DNA from: Chlorokybus atmophyticus
Taxonomy: Eukaryota > Plantae > Mesostigma and Chlorokybus algae
Length of the DNA: 64,000 bases
Direction of reading: 5' to 3'
Assembly: GCA_009103225.1 (NCBI GenBank)
Contig: RHPI01002090.1
Coordinates: 1,287,932-1,351,931 of the forward strand
Position numbers and translations under genes: made by a program. How positions within the stretch are numbered: the first letter of the stretch is position 1; every line of letters begins with the position of its first letter. This document shows, in pieces, positions 24,990 to 36,762 of the stretch. The notes under the pieces are model-generated. The model was given only the letters and a program-made list of their open reading frames with translations, was not told the DNA's origin and searched no databases.

Positions 24990-27900
24990 CCATCTGCAAG
25001 CCAAGTGTTCAACCCTGGCAACCATAGCCACAAAACTGGGGACATGTTCCTGAGGGACGAATTTCCCTCTGTGCACCCCACTTATGTGCAAAATGTGACC
25101 AAGTTCACCAACTAGCTCAAGCAATGGGAGCGGATCCCTGGTCCAAGTTTGAAGGAGGTGAATTTCGATAAGCGGAGTTCGGATCCTGCAGCGCAGGCCA
25201 GCATTGCCAAACTGGAGAGAATCTGTGAGGAGTTGGAGTCAGAGCTGAAGTCTCTAGTGTTTAGGGAAGGCATGGAGCTCCGCATGTTCAGAGGTCAGTT
25301 GTTTTCTGCAAGGTTTGCTTTGAATGCCTTGTGTATAGCTCGGTGTCTGTTCACCTCAAACCAGCTAGTTTTCATGCATATAGCAAGCTTTGGTAGCCGT
25401 CAAGCCGTTTTTGCTGCTGGTCAGTGTTGCCACTTTTGCAAATATATTGCCATCACATAGTTTGCAAAGTTGTCACGTCATTTGATATAGATGGCTTGCT
25501 GTTCAGCTAGTCTTCATGCATATCCAATTGTTTTTACTATTGGTGCCACCGTTGCTATCACGTTGTTTGCCAAGTTGTCACGTGCTTGTTTGTCAAGCTA
25601 GAACACTGGACAGTGCCTATGAGACTTTAGGTCATAGCAATGAAATGCATCACTCATATTAGTTTGGTCAGCTTGAAATGGCTAAGTCCTTAGTGTACTA
25701 GTGGTTATGGTATAAGGCCTGATATCGAGCAGTTGTGAGTCCAGTGGCCGATATCTGGACAGTGTGCAACGCGGAGTGTGAGCAAGCCCGAAGACTCAGG
25801 ACTTGGCCGAGTCTGGCGCAGGCTGGCGCAGCCCAAAGCTCCAGAAGGATGGCAAGAACTCCGTGTGTAGTTGGTCTTATGGCGCGTGGCATGGCTTATC
25901 AGAAAGCGTGTGAAGCTAGCTATACGGCAAGACTTACAGCGCCGCGTTTAGCTAAGTATAGCTTACGTGGTGCTTGCTAGAGTAATCGTGTGTAGAGACC
26001 GGCGGGGTACAAAAGCCCTTGAACTCATGGTAAGTTTGTTCTCCGTGCTTATGCTCATGATTTAGCATGCGTGTGTGTATCAGTGCTTGCACCAGCTCCA
26101 TGCATGTGTAGTAAATTGTCCGAATCTCAACAACTCATAGGCACTGTCCAGTGCATATGAGTCTTTAGGTCACAGCAATGGATTGCATAAACAGCACACA
26201 CTGGGCAGTGCCTATGAGACTTTAAGTCACAGCAATGGCTTGCATAACTCGTAGGCACTGGACATTGCCTGTGAGTTTTCAAGTCTTCAAGTCGCATCTA
26301 TGGAATGCATAACACCATGCAATGCAGACACCGGACAATGCCTATGATATACAATAAAGCAGCTTTATGAACATGTCGCTCATAGCTTTTGCTTGGCAAA
26401 GCACATCTGAGCATTATTCATACAACGTCAATGGACTTATTGGAGGGGCGTTAAAGAAAAATGAGATGAACGCCAAGAACAGTTCAGGGAGCAGCGAGTC
26501 CAGCTCCGTGCGAATGTCACGAATTGGAATAAATTGTAGCAGACCTCACTCATAGCAGTGTCTTTTACTACCATAGCCTAGTGGTCGGGCACCAATTGTT
26601 ACATCGCGCATGCTTGAGCAACAGAGCAAACTGGCAAACACAGCACAGCTGCTCGTCGCCGTCTGCAGGGTGGGGCAGAGTTTTCGGCCTTGACGATTAC
26701 AGCCGTTCGCAGACAGTCATTCTGTGGTGCCCCTTGAGCGACGGCCCCCATTCAGATGATGTGCTGCGGCTACTTGGCTCTCATTTAGTTAAAGATTGTG
26801 TGCAATGTGTGAATGCAATCCTGAACTATGACAACTCTATTGGAAGCAAGCTGAATGTACAGCTGAATTTTTTGTGTTATAACACCATGCCTGTCCATGA
26901 GGTACAGACATGCAGACGATGACGACGAAGACAAAGTTTTTGACATCGACATAAAATCCTGAAGTCGTGAAGACTTTCATGTGCACCCGTGGCCATTGCC
27001 ATCATCCGAGGTGGATGAGCCCTGCCGCACATACAGCGTGCAGATTATCAATTGGCTGCCAGTGTTTTGCTTGGAGGACGACAGCGTGCGGCCGTTCATA
27101 CCTATCAGGTCGCAAAGGCTCATGCAATGCAAGACACCAAATTGTTACACACGCGCCGAGCTGGAGGTAAGTTGTGATTGCCAGACAGTGCACGGTATAT
27201 GCTTTTGTCACTGCATGCCAACAAGTGCGGGACGTGCTTCGCGTGTAGTTGGCTAAAGTGTGCACAAGTGAACCGCCTATGATACTAACAATTGATGGAG
27301 TGCATGTGCAGAGTGTGACAGCTGAGTGGCCACTTATGTTCATGAGTCAGGCGGGCACCTGCGGCAGTGCAAACTGAGAATGCAGATTTTAGTAGGCAAA
27401 TACGGATAGAGGAACTTCCCCATTAGCTGCCAGGCGAGAGTATCTAAAGAACTAGATGCACAGCGTCAACAAGGCAATCAGGTTGGTTAATTATGTTTTG
27501 TAAGTGTCTTGTTTAATTGATTGCTAGTTGTGCTCATGCCGTGCTCATGCAGGGCACCGCCCGCGAGGTTTCAGTGGATGATGAGAAGCTGCAGGTTCTG
27601 GCGGCTGTATGCTGTGGCACTGAGCAAACACCTATTAAGGCGCAGGTTGGCCAGCAATGGGAATTCCTGCAGAAGAAGGAGGTGGCGCTAATGGAGATCG
27701 CGGCACCTTTTCCCTTCCGCGACCAAGCTCAGATGGACAGCATTCCAACAAAGCGTATTATGTAAGCGGTTGTGCAGTTTGCAATTATGAAGAAATGGCT
27801 GGGCAAAGACCTAAAGTAGGGTGGTCAGCTGAGCTGGATGAACATGAGGAAACGGCCGGGTATGTTTTGAGCTCATGGACCGCTCAAATGAGCACCCGTA

Positions 27901-28150
27901 GGCATGACAGCTGTGACCAATGCACAGTGTCACGCTGCAAGTTATGGGATATGCTCGTTGGCTGGTAAGCTGTAAGCTGATAGTGCCATGTATGAGCAGT
28001 TGCTCTGTGTATGTGCTTGTACGCACTCACTACTCTACATGAATGCAGGCATGCCGGATGAAAGTGAAACACCTGTGACCAAGAGGTGCCGCTTCATGGG
28101 CGATGAGAGCCAAGCAGGACATCCTCGCAAGTCTGATAGTATTCAGGAAT
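24990..28150 (+). pseudogene. Decayed multi-exon gene of unknown family between repeat copies A and B
   Basis: Protein-like frames bounded by GT/AG and interrupted by in-frame TAG at 25113, TGA at 26960, TAA at 27763 and TAG at 27817; no domain recognised. Confidence 0.4.
25603..26350. repeat. Dispersed/tandem ~55-60-bp repeat (cactggacagtgcctatgagactttaggtcacagcaatg), ~5 copies
   Basis: Copies near 25603, 26135, 26198, 26254 and 26327. Confidence 0.7.
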
Positions 28151-28639
28151 TTGTGCCAAGTTGCTACTGTTGAGGAATGTATAATGTATTGTACAGTTTA
28201 CTGTGTGGCTTTTACAAAGAGTGCACCGCAATGTCTACGACAACAGATGTTGGCGCACGTGGTGTGCACTTGTTCATCTCCCAAGCCCTCTAAAACTGCA
28301 AGTACTATGCAAACAAAAGGAAGGCGTGCGTGCCTAGACCATGTGGTGTGATCAGCGTGCGCCTCGGTCTCATCATAGGCAATCCATGAGCACTGGAGAG
28401 CAATAGTTACGAGAGCGCTGCTATAGTGAGCATAGCTTTAACATGTTACTGGTCGCGCTGATTGCTAAACACGCACCATATAATACAATTCGCTTCTGTG
28501 AATAACTGGTGCATAGGTTACAGACCAGCATTGGGGCAGGATGTCAGCAAGTGTCGTGCACCAGTGCTGGTCTCTAGATGCAAACGTGGGCCAATGCAGT
28601 GAGTTTTGGTTGGTACGCAGCAATTGCTATGTGTGGAAC

Positions 28640-29030
28640 AGGCATGGTCCCACCGGCAAAGCCATGATTGGTCCCGCTGATCGGAACTATCTGTGCAGAT
28701 TGTTTGAGCTGACATTCACATTACAAAAGGACCATGCATGGTTCCACGGTGCGATCCAAGGATGGTCGTACTACTCGGGACCAATACTAGTGATGTTCTC
28801 AACAGAGCTATGTCCAGAGCGGACCATCCTTGGTCCATGCAGCAACACACATGGCAGATCAGCATTGATCCCATTGCGCTCGCCATGTTAAAAGCAACTA
28901 GGGCTGGCCCGGTTTTTGGGGGACCATGGGACAATTACGTACTGTTTAGACCAGCCCTGGTCCCCGCGCGTAGACCAAGGCTGGCGACCCTGGTCCGTGC
29001 GTGCGGACCAGAGCTGATCCGCGTAAACAA
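28640..29030. repeat. Cluster of GGACCA/TGGTCC motifs in alternating orientation
   Basis: Roughly a dozen ggacc(a)/(t)ggtcc occurrences in ~400 bp. Confidence 0.55.
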
Positions 29031-30558
29031 TACCATGTGACATCGACAACATCGTCACCGCGCGCACCATCAGCAGCCGACAATCACATCCACAAGAAGG
29101 ACAAGCCCTTGTGGACGCCCGGCCCGACACTGTGTTGTTGTCGATTGTTTGTGTACAAAAGTTGCTGCTGTGATGCACTACAGCTGAGGTTGCATGTCTG
29201 CATTGCAAACCATATTGCCGTCGTATGTTGCTAGTTGCTATTGGCCATGGCTACACATGTGCAAGGCATGGCTTCAGATGTGCAAGCCCTTTCACGTGAG
29301 ACACATGCCACAGGTGCACAGCGGATCTTGCCAAGTGCACTGCGTCCTAAACTGCAAAATGGTGTACCTCTTACACTGAATGCAACTTGCAGGGGCCCTT
29401 GGGAGGAAGAATGACGCAAATTATCTACCTCAGGCTGAAGGACCAGCCTGAGGTGCCATCTTGGCACGCAATCTACTCGTGCAAGCCACATGGTTCTGGC
29501 GGCTTGTTGGGAGGTTGGAGAGGTGTCGCAATTGATTGATTGAAAACTGCGCTCAGGGGATGTGGTCTTGTTTGAAACGACAGTTTAAAAGGAATGGATG
29601 TATGATATCTTGGTGGTGAGAGCAGGCAACACTGAGGTGGACTACATTAATATAATGTCAGAGTGCTCATGGTAAGTTTCACATGTAAGAATCAGCAGCC
29701 ACGGAGTTTACATCGCTGTTGTGTGTACGGTCGCACTTATGCGACAATATGTTATAGAAACAGCTAAGTGACGTGAGAACTTGCGAAGGTCAAGAGGACA
29801 AGCAGACTCAGCTACTTGATTTCACTCAAAGAAGGAAGCTGCAAAAGATAACAAATCGGCGTTAAATGTTTCCCTTGCCGGCCGATTAAATACTGGTAGC
29901 GGCCGTGCACCAGAGAACACTCATTTGGACTGTCATGGCTTAGTCCACCTGTAATCTCAATACAGAGACCTGAGTATAACGGCCGTCCCGGCCGTTTACA
30001 CAAAGGGACTGACCTAGACGGACAGGTACTTGTCAGGCACTTTCAGTCAAGCAAAAGGGACTTGATCTAACTAACCGGTACCTACAAGATACCTATCAGT
30101 CAAGCAAAGGTAACTTAGTCTAACTAACAGGTATCTGACCGGTCCTTATCAAATAGGTACCGGCAACTTTGTAGTAACTGTCCCTCACTGCTAGGTACCT
30201 AGTTATGACTAACGGTACCTTAGAGTACCGTAAGTGATGAGTAGGTACCGGGTTATCGTTTATGTGACATCGACTATGCAAGACGGCAATCATATATTAC
30301 AACTTGATTACATCACAGTCATATACAGTGTCACCTACACAGTACAAGCCCAACTACTAACATACTACGGTATACTACTACACTACTACGGTAGTAGTAC
30401 TACCTGCTACACTACAGTCTGCCGCCGCTAAGTCTTGTGCTGCCGCTTGCCTGCTGCTTCCGCCCTCCTAGTCTAGCCGTTCTGAGGAAAGATGGGCGTT
30501 CAGCTAGGGCGGCGCAACACATTATATACACACCACCACCACCACCACCACAACCACA

Positions 30559-31485
30559 ACAGCGCACCTGCTGGCGGCTGCCGCCGCCTAGCCTGGTGGC
30601 CGCCCTGCAACACGAAGGGTGGAAAGGCGGTCAGGCTGCGCTGCTGTGCACTACACGACAAGACATGCACAATCACACAAGCACATCACATCACAATCAC
30701 ACAAGCACACCTGCCGCCACCGCGGCCGCGGCCGCCACCGCCATTGCCGCCGCCGTCACCGCTGTCGCAGCAGCATAACGCTCAACTGCGCAAGTCAACT
30801 TGCACAGTTGAGCGTTGTGTTGCGGCTTTGCGTTTGATTTCACAAGGGGGCCGTTGAGTTTAAAAACTCAACGGCTTCCCTTATGACACCATCGTACCAT
30901 TACGATGGTACTTTTGTACCATAGTAATGGTACAAAAGTACTAATACAATGGTACCGTTGTAATGGTATTGCTGTACCATATCGATGGTACGATCGTGCC
31001 ATTGTCTTGAGACGAAACTTCCATCGTATCATATATCGATACTTGTCCCAACTCGACGCCACCGCTTGTCCCTAAGTTGGGACTGAAAAGTCACTTGCTT
31101 GCCATGTTTGATACATCACCGTCGCAAAATGCTATACGACCGGCGGTCGGTCATATTAATTACGTAAATATTCCGAATCATTTGTCGAAATTAGGGGACC
31201 AAGAGGTGACTTCATTGCCATAACAGGTTCGTCGCCGCCGCCGCGGGTGCTGTACCACCGGCGGTCGGCCGTCGACCGATAATTACAAGCAGGTCATAAC
31301 AGGCAGGCAGCAGTCCATTATGTTGTACGATAGGCCATCGGCCATTAATTGTTATCCACAATATACACCGGCAGTCAAATCAGTCCCTTTATGGCCCAAG
31401 TCGTCAGGGTTAGGTACGGTCAGGTAGAGTCAAGCACTCGTCGGTCCCTCAGTCCTTCGTCAGTCACCGTGTAAAATTTGCGACG
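30559..31485 (+). repeat. Copy B of the ~1-kb hairpin-rich repeat; contains the empty CACTA target site (single GAA at 30622-30624)
   Basis: 30559-30624 matches 1-60 and 30622-31485 matches 23279-24153; hairpins at 30777-30816 and 30850-30875. The left boundary cannot be fixed because copy A runs off the window. Confidence 0.9.
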
Positions 31486-32448
31486 GTGCTGAGAAGATGA
31501 CGTGCCAACTATTCACACGCCTCAAGCCGCTGAGCAGTTCATAGCTGAAGAACTTGAAGATGAATTTCCTACGACGCTTACGGAGCACTCCAAAGAAGAG
31601 ACGCACAGGAGTGTTGACACGCAGCCATATGCTGGGCGGCGTGCGGCAAAGCGCACGTTGCCATTCATCATTGATGTGGACGACAAGGACGCGCCAGATT
31701 TAGCGATTTATGTGTCGTTCCATATGGCCAGTAGTCAACCATCCTGCATGCAATGACTTGGAAATTTCATGTACTCCACACACCAGGAAATTAGCAAGCG
31801 CATCGCACACCTTGCTAGTACTTGTTCAATCGGTGCTCCGGTTGCTGTTGTGCAGCATGCAGTGAGCATGTTGCAGGGAATGTCGCCCCCTCTTGTTTCC
31901 TACTCGTACCTCACTGTAATACTGCTGATTAAGGCCTGGCTGCAGCTGAAGTCAAGGCAGCCTTCAAGTTTGTGCTGGATGCGGAAGGCGCTTGTTTACA
32001 AGGTTAGTGTGACAATGCGAGTGGCGGTTGGAGTGTGGCTTATGCTACAATGGTGTGTAGCGTTATGACTTTGCATTGCTTACATTTTAGTGTGCTTAAA
32101 GTGATGTTTGCTTTGTAGTAACTTCTCTAGCAAACTACCATCATGTTAACTTTTTTTCTTGCTTGTACCTGCAAACAGTAAGCAACATAGCACCAGTATA
32201 AAGCAAGGCACAAGTGTGTCTGGTTGTCATTTGTAGTGTACATGTTCTGTTTGCAGAAGTGGCTACATGGAAGCTATCAGCATACCTAAACCTCTTAACT
32301 TGCGCGAAGTTATCAGCTTACCAGAAGCGCTCGTGAAGACACTCAGCTGCCACCGTTTAATGACACCAACAACAGCCACTTTGTCTTCAACCTAGCAGGT
32401 ACGGTACATTAAACCTTTCTTGAGTGGTATAAAGTGCTCGGCACTGTG

Positions 32449-32960
32449 TGTAACGGTAAGGTACATTAATCAACCATAAAAGATCCAAGTCTTTTGTGGT
32501 CGAGTGGGCTGTGACATTGGTATCGTGGCTTGAGACTCGGGTTCGATTCCTTGCACATGAATTCCGTGGTCGTTGTTTTTCGATCCAGTAACATCGTAAA
32601 TGGTCCCTTCATAAGTGCCATCATCGATGGGTCGCGACTTGCCTAATGGCAGTTGCGCCGACGCTCAGTCGGCGCGGCAGGACGCGACCTATCTGTCGCA
32701 ATGCGACCTGTGGGGCCGGCAACGGTGCGCTATGCACGCGTTAACCGGTATGGACCTATATTGGCCGGTCCTTGGGTAGTGGGCCAGTGACCGACCCTAA
32801 TTAGACCCCTGGGATGATTCCTCAACTGAACAGGGCAGCTGCCGAGGACGTCAGCGTTCTGAAGTGGGGGGGAATGTAACGGGAAGGTACATTAAGTAAC
32901 CACAAATTGACCATAAAAGCACCAAGTCTTTTGTGGTCGAGTGGGTTGTGACACTGTGGG
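32449..32960 (+). mobile_element. Short element with a tRNA-like A/B-box head and ~70-80-bp direct repeats (SINE- or LTR-fragment-like)
   Basis: A box TGGTCGAGTGG (32497-32507) and B box GGTTCGATTCC (32540-32550) at tRNA-like spacing, but no acceptor stem. tgtaacgg.aaggtacattaa...ccaagtcttttgtggtcgagtggg occurs at ~32449 and ~32876. Confidence 0.4.
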
Positions 32961-34356
32961 GACATGCGTCGTGAAGAGCATTTTTGTTGTTGCCGCTCAT
33001 GTGCGCATGCAGATGAAGAGCAACGTGCACTACTGAAAACAGGTGAAGAGGCGCTTCTGGAACAGCACGTGGCTCAACGCAACAACAGGGATGCCAAGTT
33101 GGTAAAGAGTGGCGCTCGTTTTCAGGGCATTATCCTGCGAGTGTATGCACCTGAACTAAACTGCTGGCAGCAAAGGGGTCATTATCAGGTTTCACGCCTC
33201 CAACATCTCACATGAACTTCACTTCAACAACAGTATGATCTTCAGGCACCAACTTTGGCAATTATTGTATAGCGAATTGGAGGTCATATTGATTGCAGAT
33301 TTCCTGCTTGCCTTTACTTCAATAGCACCGCTTGCGACCAATGCATGACTTCAAGCTCAATAAAATGTCGTCATGGAGCAGTTGATTGGGCCAGCTTCTT
33401 GCAGCCCAGTGCACCACCGTGCCTTGGTAAACAGGTATGACCATACAATTACAGGTCATATCATGGCCATAGCAAGCCAGTATCTGGTATGAGGGCACAT
33501 CCCACTCTAGCGTGTGCACATAGGTCTAGAGTATGTGCCGAGTACATACATGTACCTCTTGGTTGTGACAGAAGGGTGGCGGGGGTAAAAAGAGGCACAC
33601 TTGGTTTCGGCACACACTGCACATAGCATAACACGACGTTGCACTGCCCGTGCTACAGACTACTGCCGACTAGACCGGCTAGACTGACTTGCCCCTCCGT
33701 CAGCAGGCTGTTCCCTTTTCATTCTCCCGCAGCTGCACTCTGCTTGCCTACCATTGCAATGCACGTGCACTTGCCCATAGGTGAAAGGGAGGTAGTGTAG
33801 GCTTGCTGAGCTGCGCTTCGCAGCCAAGTTGCTTATATGTTGGGCCCGTTATGCTCTGCCAATGCTTACAAATGCTAAGACAGCACACGCGTGCAGGTAA
33901 TTGCCACGTGTAGCTATGCATACATGTCAAGCGAAGAGCTAGTAGCTATAGGCTGGTGCAGTAGATGTTAGCCCGGAGCTGGTAACTACTTGATGAGGTG
34001 TGTAATGGTGTGCATGCAATGCTTGAATGGTGTGCATACGGGGTGCTGCATCACATATGCTAACATATCTGCGCACTCTGTTGCTGCACACGATCTAGTC
34101 ACACGCATAAAGCATTCCCCATTATTAAAATATTCAATAAAGTTTACACCACCACCGGCAGGCTGTGTGCTCTACCCACTCAGTCTAGCTACCCTCTGCA
34201 TGCATAGCCCCAAACAAGCACAGAGTCCTTGGCACCTGCCCACATGGGCCGGGGTTATTTGTTGTTGGCGATAGCAAGCACGGCAACAAGGACGACCACT
34301 TTCTCCCTCCTGCTTTCCCTCTTCCCCGCCACCCTCTCTGTATGTGGCATGATCTT

Positions 34357-34690
34357 GTGCGTGTGCACAACAGCACGTCCTATACCTTGTACGCTTGCTT
34401 CTCTTTTACACTGTATGCATGTATGACATAAAGCGCACGTGCACAGTGCGTGTTGTGCGTGTGCACAACAGCACGTCTTATATCTTGTACACTTGCTTCT
34501 CTTTTATACTGTATGCATGTATGATACAAAGCGCACGTGCACAGTGCGTGTTGTGCTTGTGCACAACAGCACGTCATGGGATGACGTGCTGTTGTGCACA
34601 CGCACTGATGATCATGATCATGATGAGCATATTCACTTGCCTTTGTATTGTATGCATGTATGACATAGAGCGCACGTGCACATTATACAC
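34357..34690 (+). repeat. 98-bp tandem repeat, ~3 copies
   Basis: gtgc(g/t)tgtgcacaacagcacgtc at 34357, 34455 and 34553. Confidence 0.85.
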
Positions 34691-36762
34691 GTACGTATGA
34701 TGGAATAAAGGAAATGTTATCAATAATATTTTTCATTATGCTATAAATGTGGTCGGGAGTTGAGAGCTTAACTTATGATTGGGGCTGAAAGGTTTGATAA
34801 TAGTCCAAAGTCCAATTTGCATTAACTTGGATCCAAATGTATCAACTGGTACTAGTTGAATGTAATGTATGTTACATCAAGTGATAACATACAATAGTTT
34901 CGTAATGCAAACTCAAAGGTAGGTGTGTATGCGAGGCAAGTAATAAGCGACATCTTGAAATCATCACACTGACTTCAATGTTATGCAAGGTGTTGTAGTC
35001 AATGAACTAGGTGGATGCATTGTTATACCGCGTACATGTTGTTACAACATGTATACGGTATGACGTACTGTTGTGCACACGCATGCAACATGAGCATCAC
35101 TCAAGCATTGCAAGCACACTGGTATACATCTCACCGTTGTTACCACGGGCTATTTCAACGCGATAAGCTACACCTACTAGCCCTCCCCGTTAGACATGCA
35201 TTTACATGCACACGCACGTTGCTCATTACCCGATACCCGTTTGGGCAGGCTGCCCAAATGGGCTGTGCGTGAGGGACTATTAAGGGGAGATACCTTTGAG
35301 CGCCTAATGCACGCAAAGCACGTCCAAATAGTTAAACCATACAGCTGTACATGCAGGCTACCACATCGAAAAAAGGTTGCTGTATAACATGTAGTATGTA
35401 TTTGGTAATGATTGTGGCCGATTAATACCATTATTGCAGCATTACAGAAAAAGAGCATCACATATAAACACATTTAAAGCTTTGCGGCACATTTATTACA
35501 TCAATCAATGCTTGCTTTATAAGCAAGCCTTTGATATTATGTACATACTATACAGTTTTCAATCATTTAATACTTGTGTTTAATATTAACTTTCACAAAT
35601 TTGGGCTGCGTCAGCCTGTGCCTTAGCGTGACCGTGTTTATGGCCGTCAAGATACTATACGTGCATGTGTACATGCACATATGTGCATTGCATAACTAAC
35701 AAGCTTTTACGCCATTATTTACAACTATACGACAATCATATTTTATAAACTTTTATTTAAAGTGTTTGCGAAAGCTTTCTACCCAATAGCCATGTGTAAA
35801 TATTATTATAATGATGAATACTTAACCATAACGTTTCACATTTCCTCGTGCGCTTACACGTGCTATGCGTAACAAAACATCGATAAATATTGGATGTTTT
35901 TATATACAGGGTATGGAATATTGTGATGATAAATAGTACTGGTAAAATCATGTGTTATCTTTATGACCTAATGATGTTTATATATGCGATGTATGTAATC
36001 ACTCATCTTTATACCTGCGCATCATCATACCTTTACCTTCATACAGACTGATATTGCGTAAATGTTAATTACAACAATGACAAAGTTCATGAACTTTAAT
36101 TCACAAAAACTTAGCGCATCCAAAGTATGCTTGCACATGTGTACTATGTTACATACAAGTTATCGAGTTTACGGAGTTTTTCACTTGATACGTATATACT
36201 TTTATATGTAATATGTAAAGCCATTTATTACAAATGTGTGTTGAATGTCGCATATAATAGCAATACCTCATTTTTTAATGACATTTTGAAGCAAGCAATT
36301 GCTTCGAGCTGTCCCCCCTTTACTATTGATAAAATGAATAATCAAGCAAAGCGACTTGAAGGCACGAAGTTCATGCCGATCGCTCATCAATTTGATGACA
36401 TGAAAGCCAAAGGCTCCCTGGCAGGGAGTCCCTGCTGATTATTAGGGTTTGACCGAGAGGGGCGGCGCAGACCGCGCACTCACCCAGCGCGGGAATGCTC
36501 GGTTCAAATATACGAATGTGTTGCCACATACACCAGGCCAGGGCGTGCTCGGTTGCTGCGGCCAGCTGGCGGCGGCGGCGGCGGCGGCGGCAGGCGTCAA
36601 GCGAGGGGTGGCGGTCGCTACCGGTGGCGGTAAAGCTGGTGAAGTAATCTGTGTCGTACGTGGGGTCTGGGTGTTTTGTTGTCGTCTAAATTAGCTGAAA
36701 GTACGGGGGTTGAGCTGGAGTAGTAGGTGGCGCTCCGGCTAGCTCTCCTTCAGATCAGGCAT

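Noticed and set aside
23279-31485. Classical LTR retrotransposon (LTR-internal-LTR)
   Set aside because: The repeats lack TG...CA ends, PBS and PPT, and no gag-pol motifs were recognised internally.
32490-32560. Functional tRNA gene
   Set aside because: A and B boxes are present but the acceptor and T stems do not pair; kept only as a SINE-like candidate.
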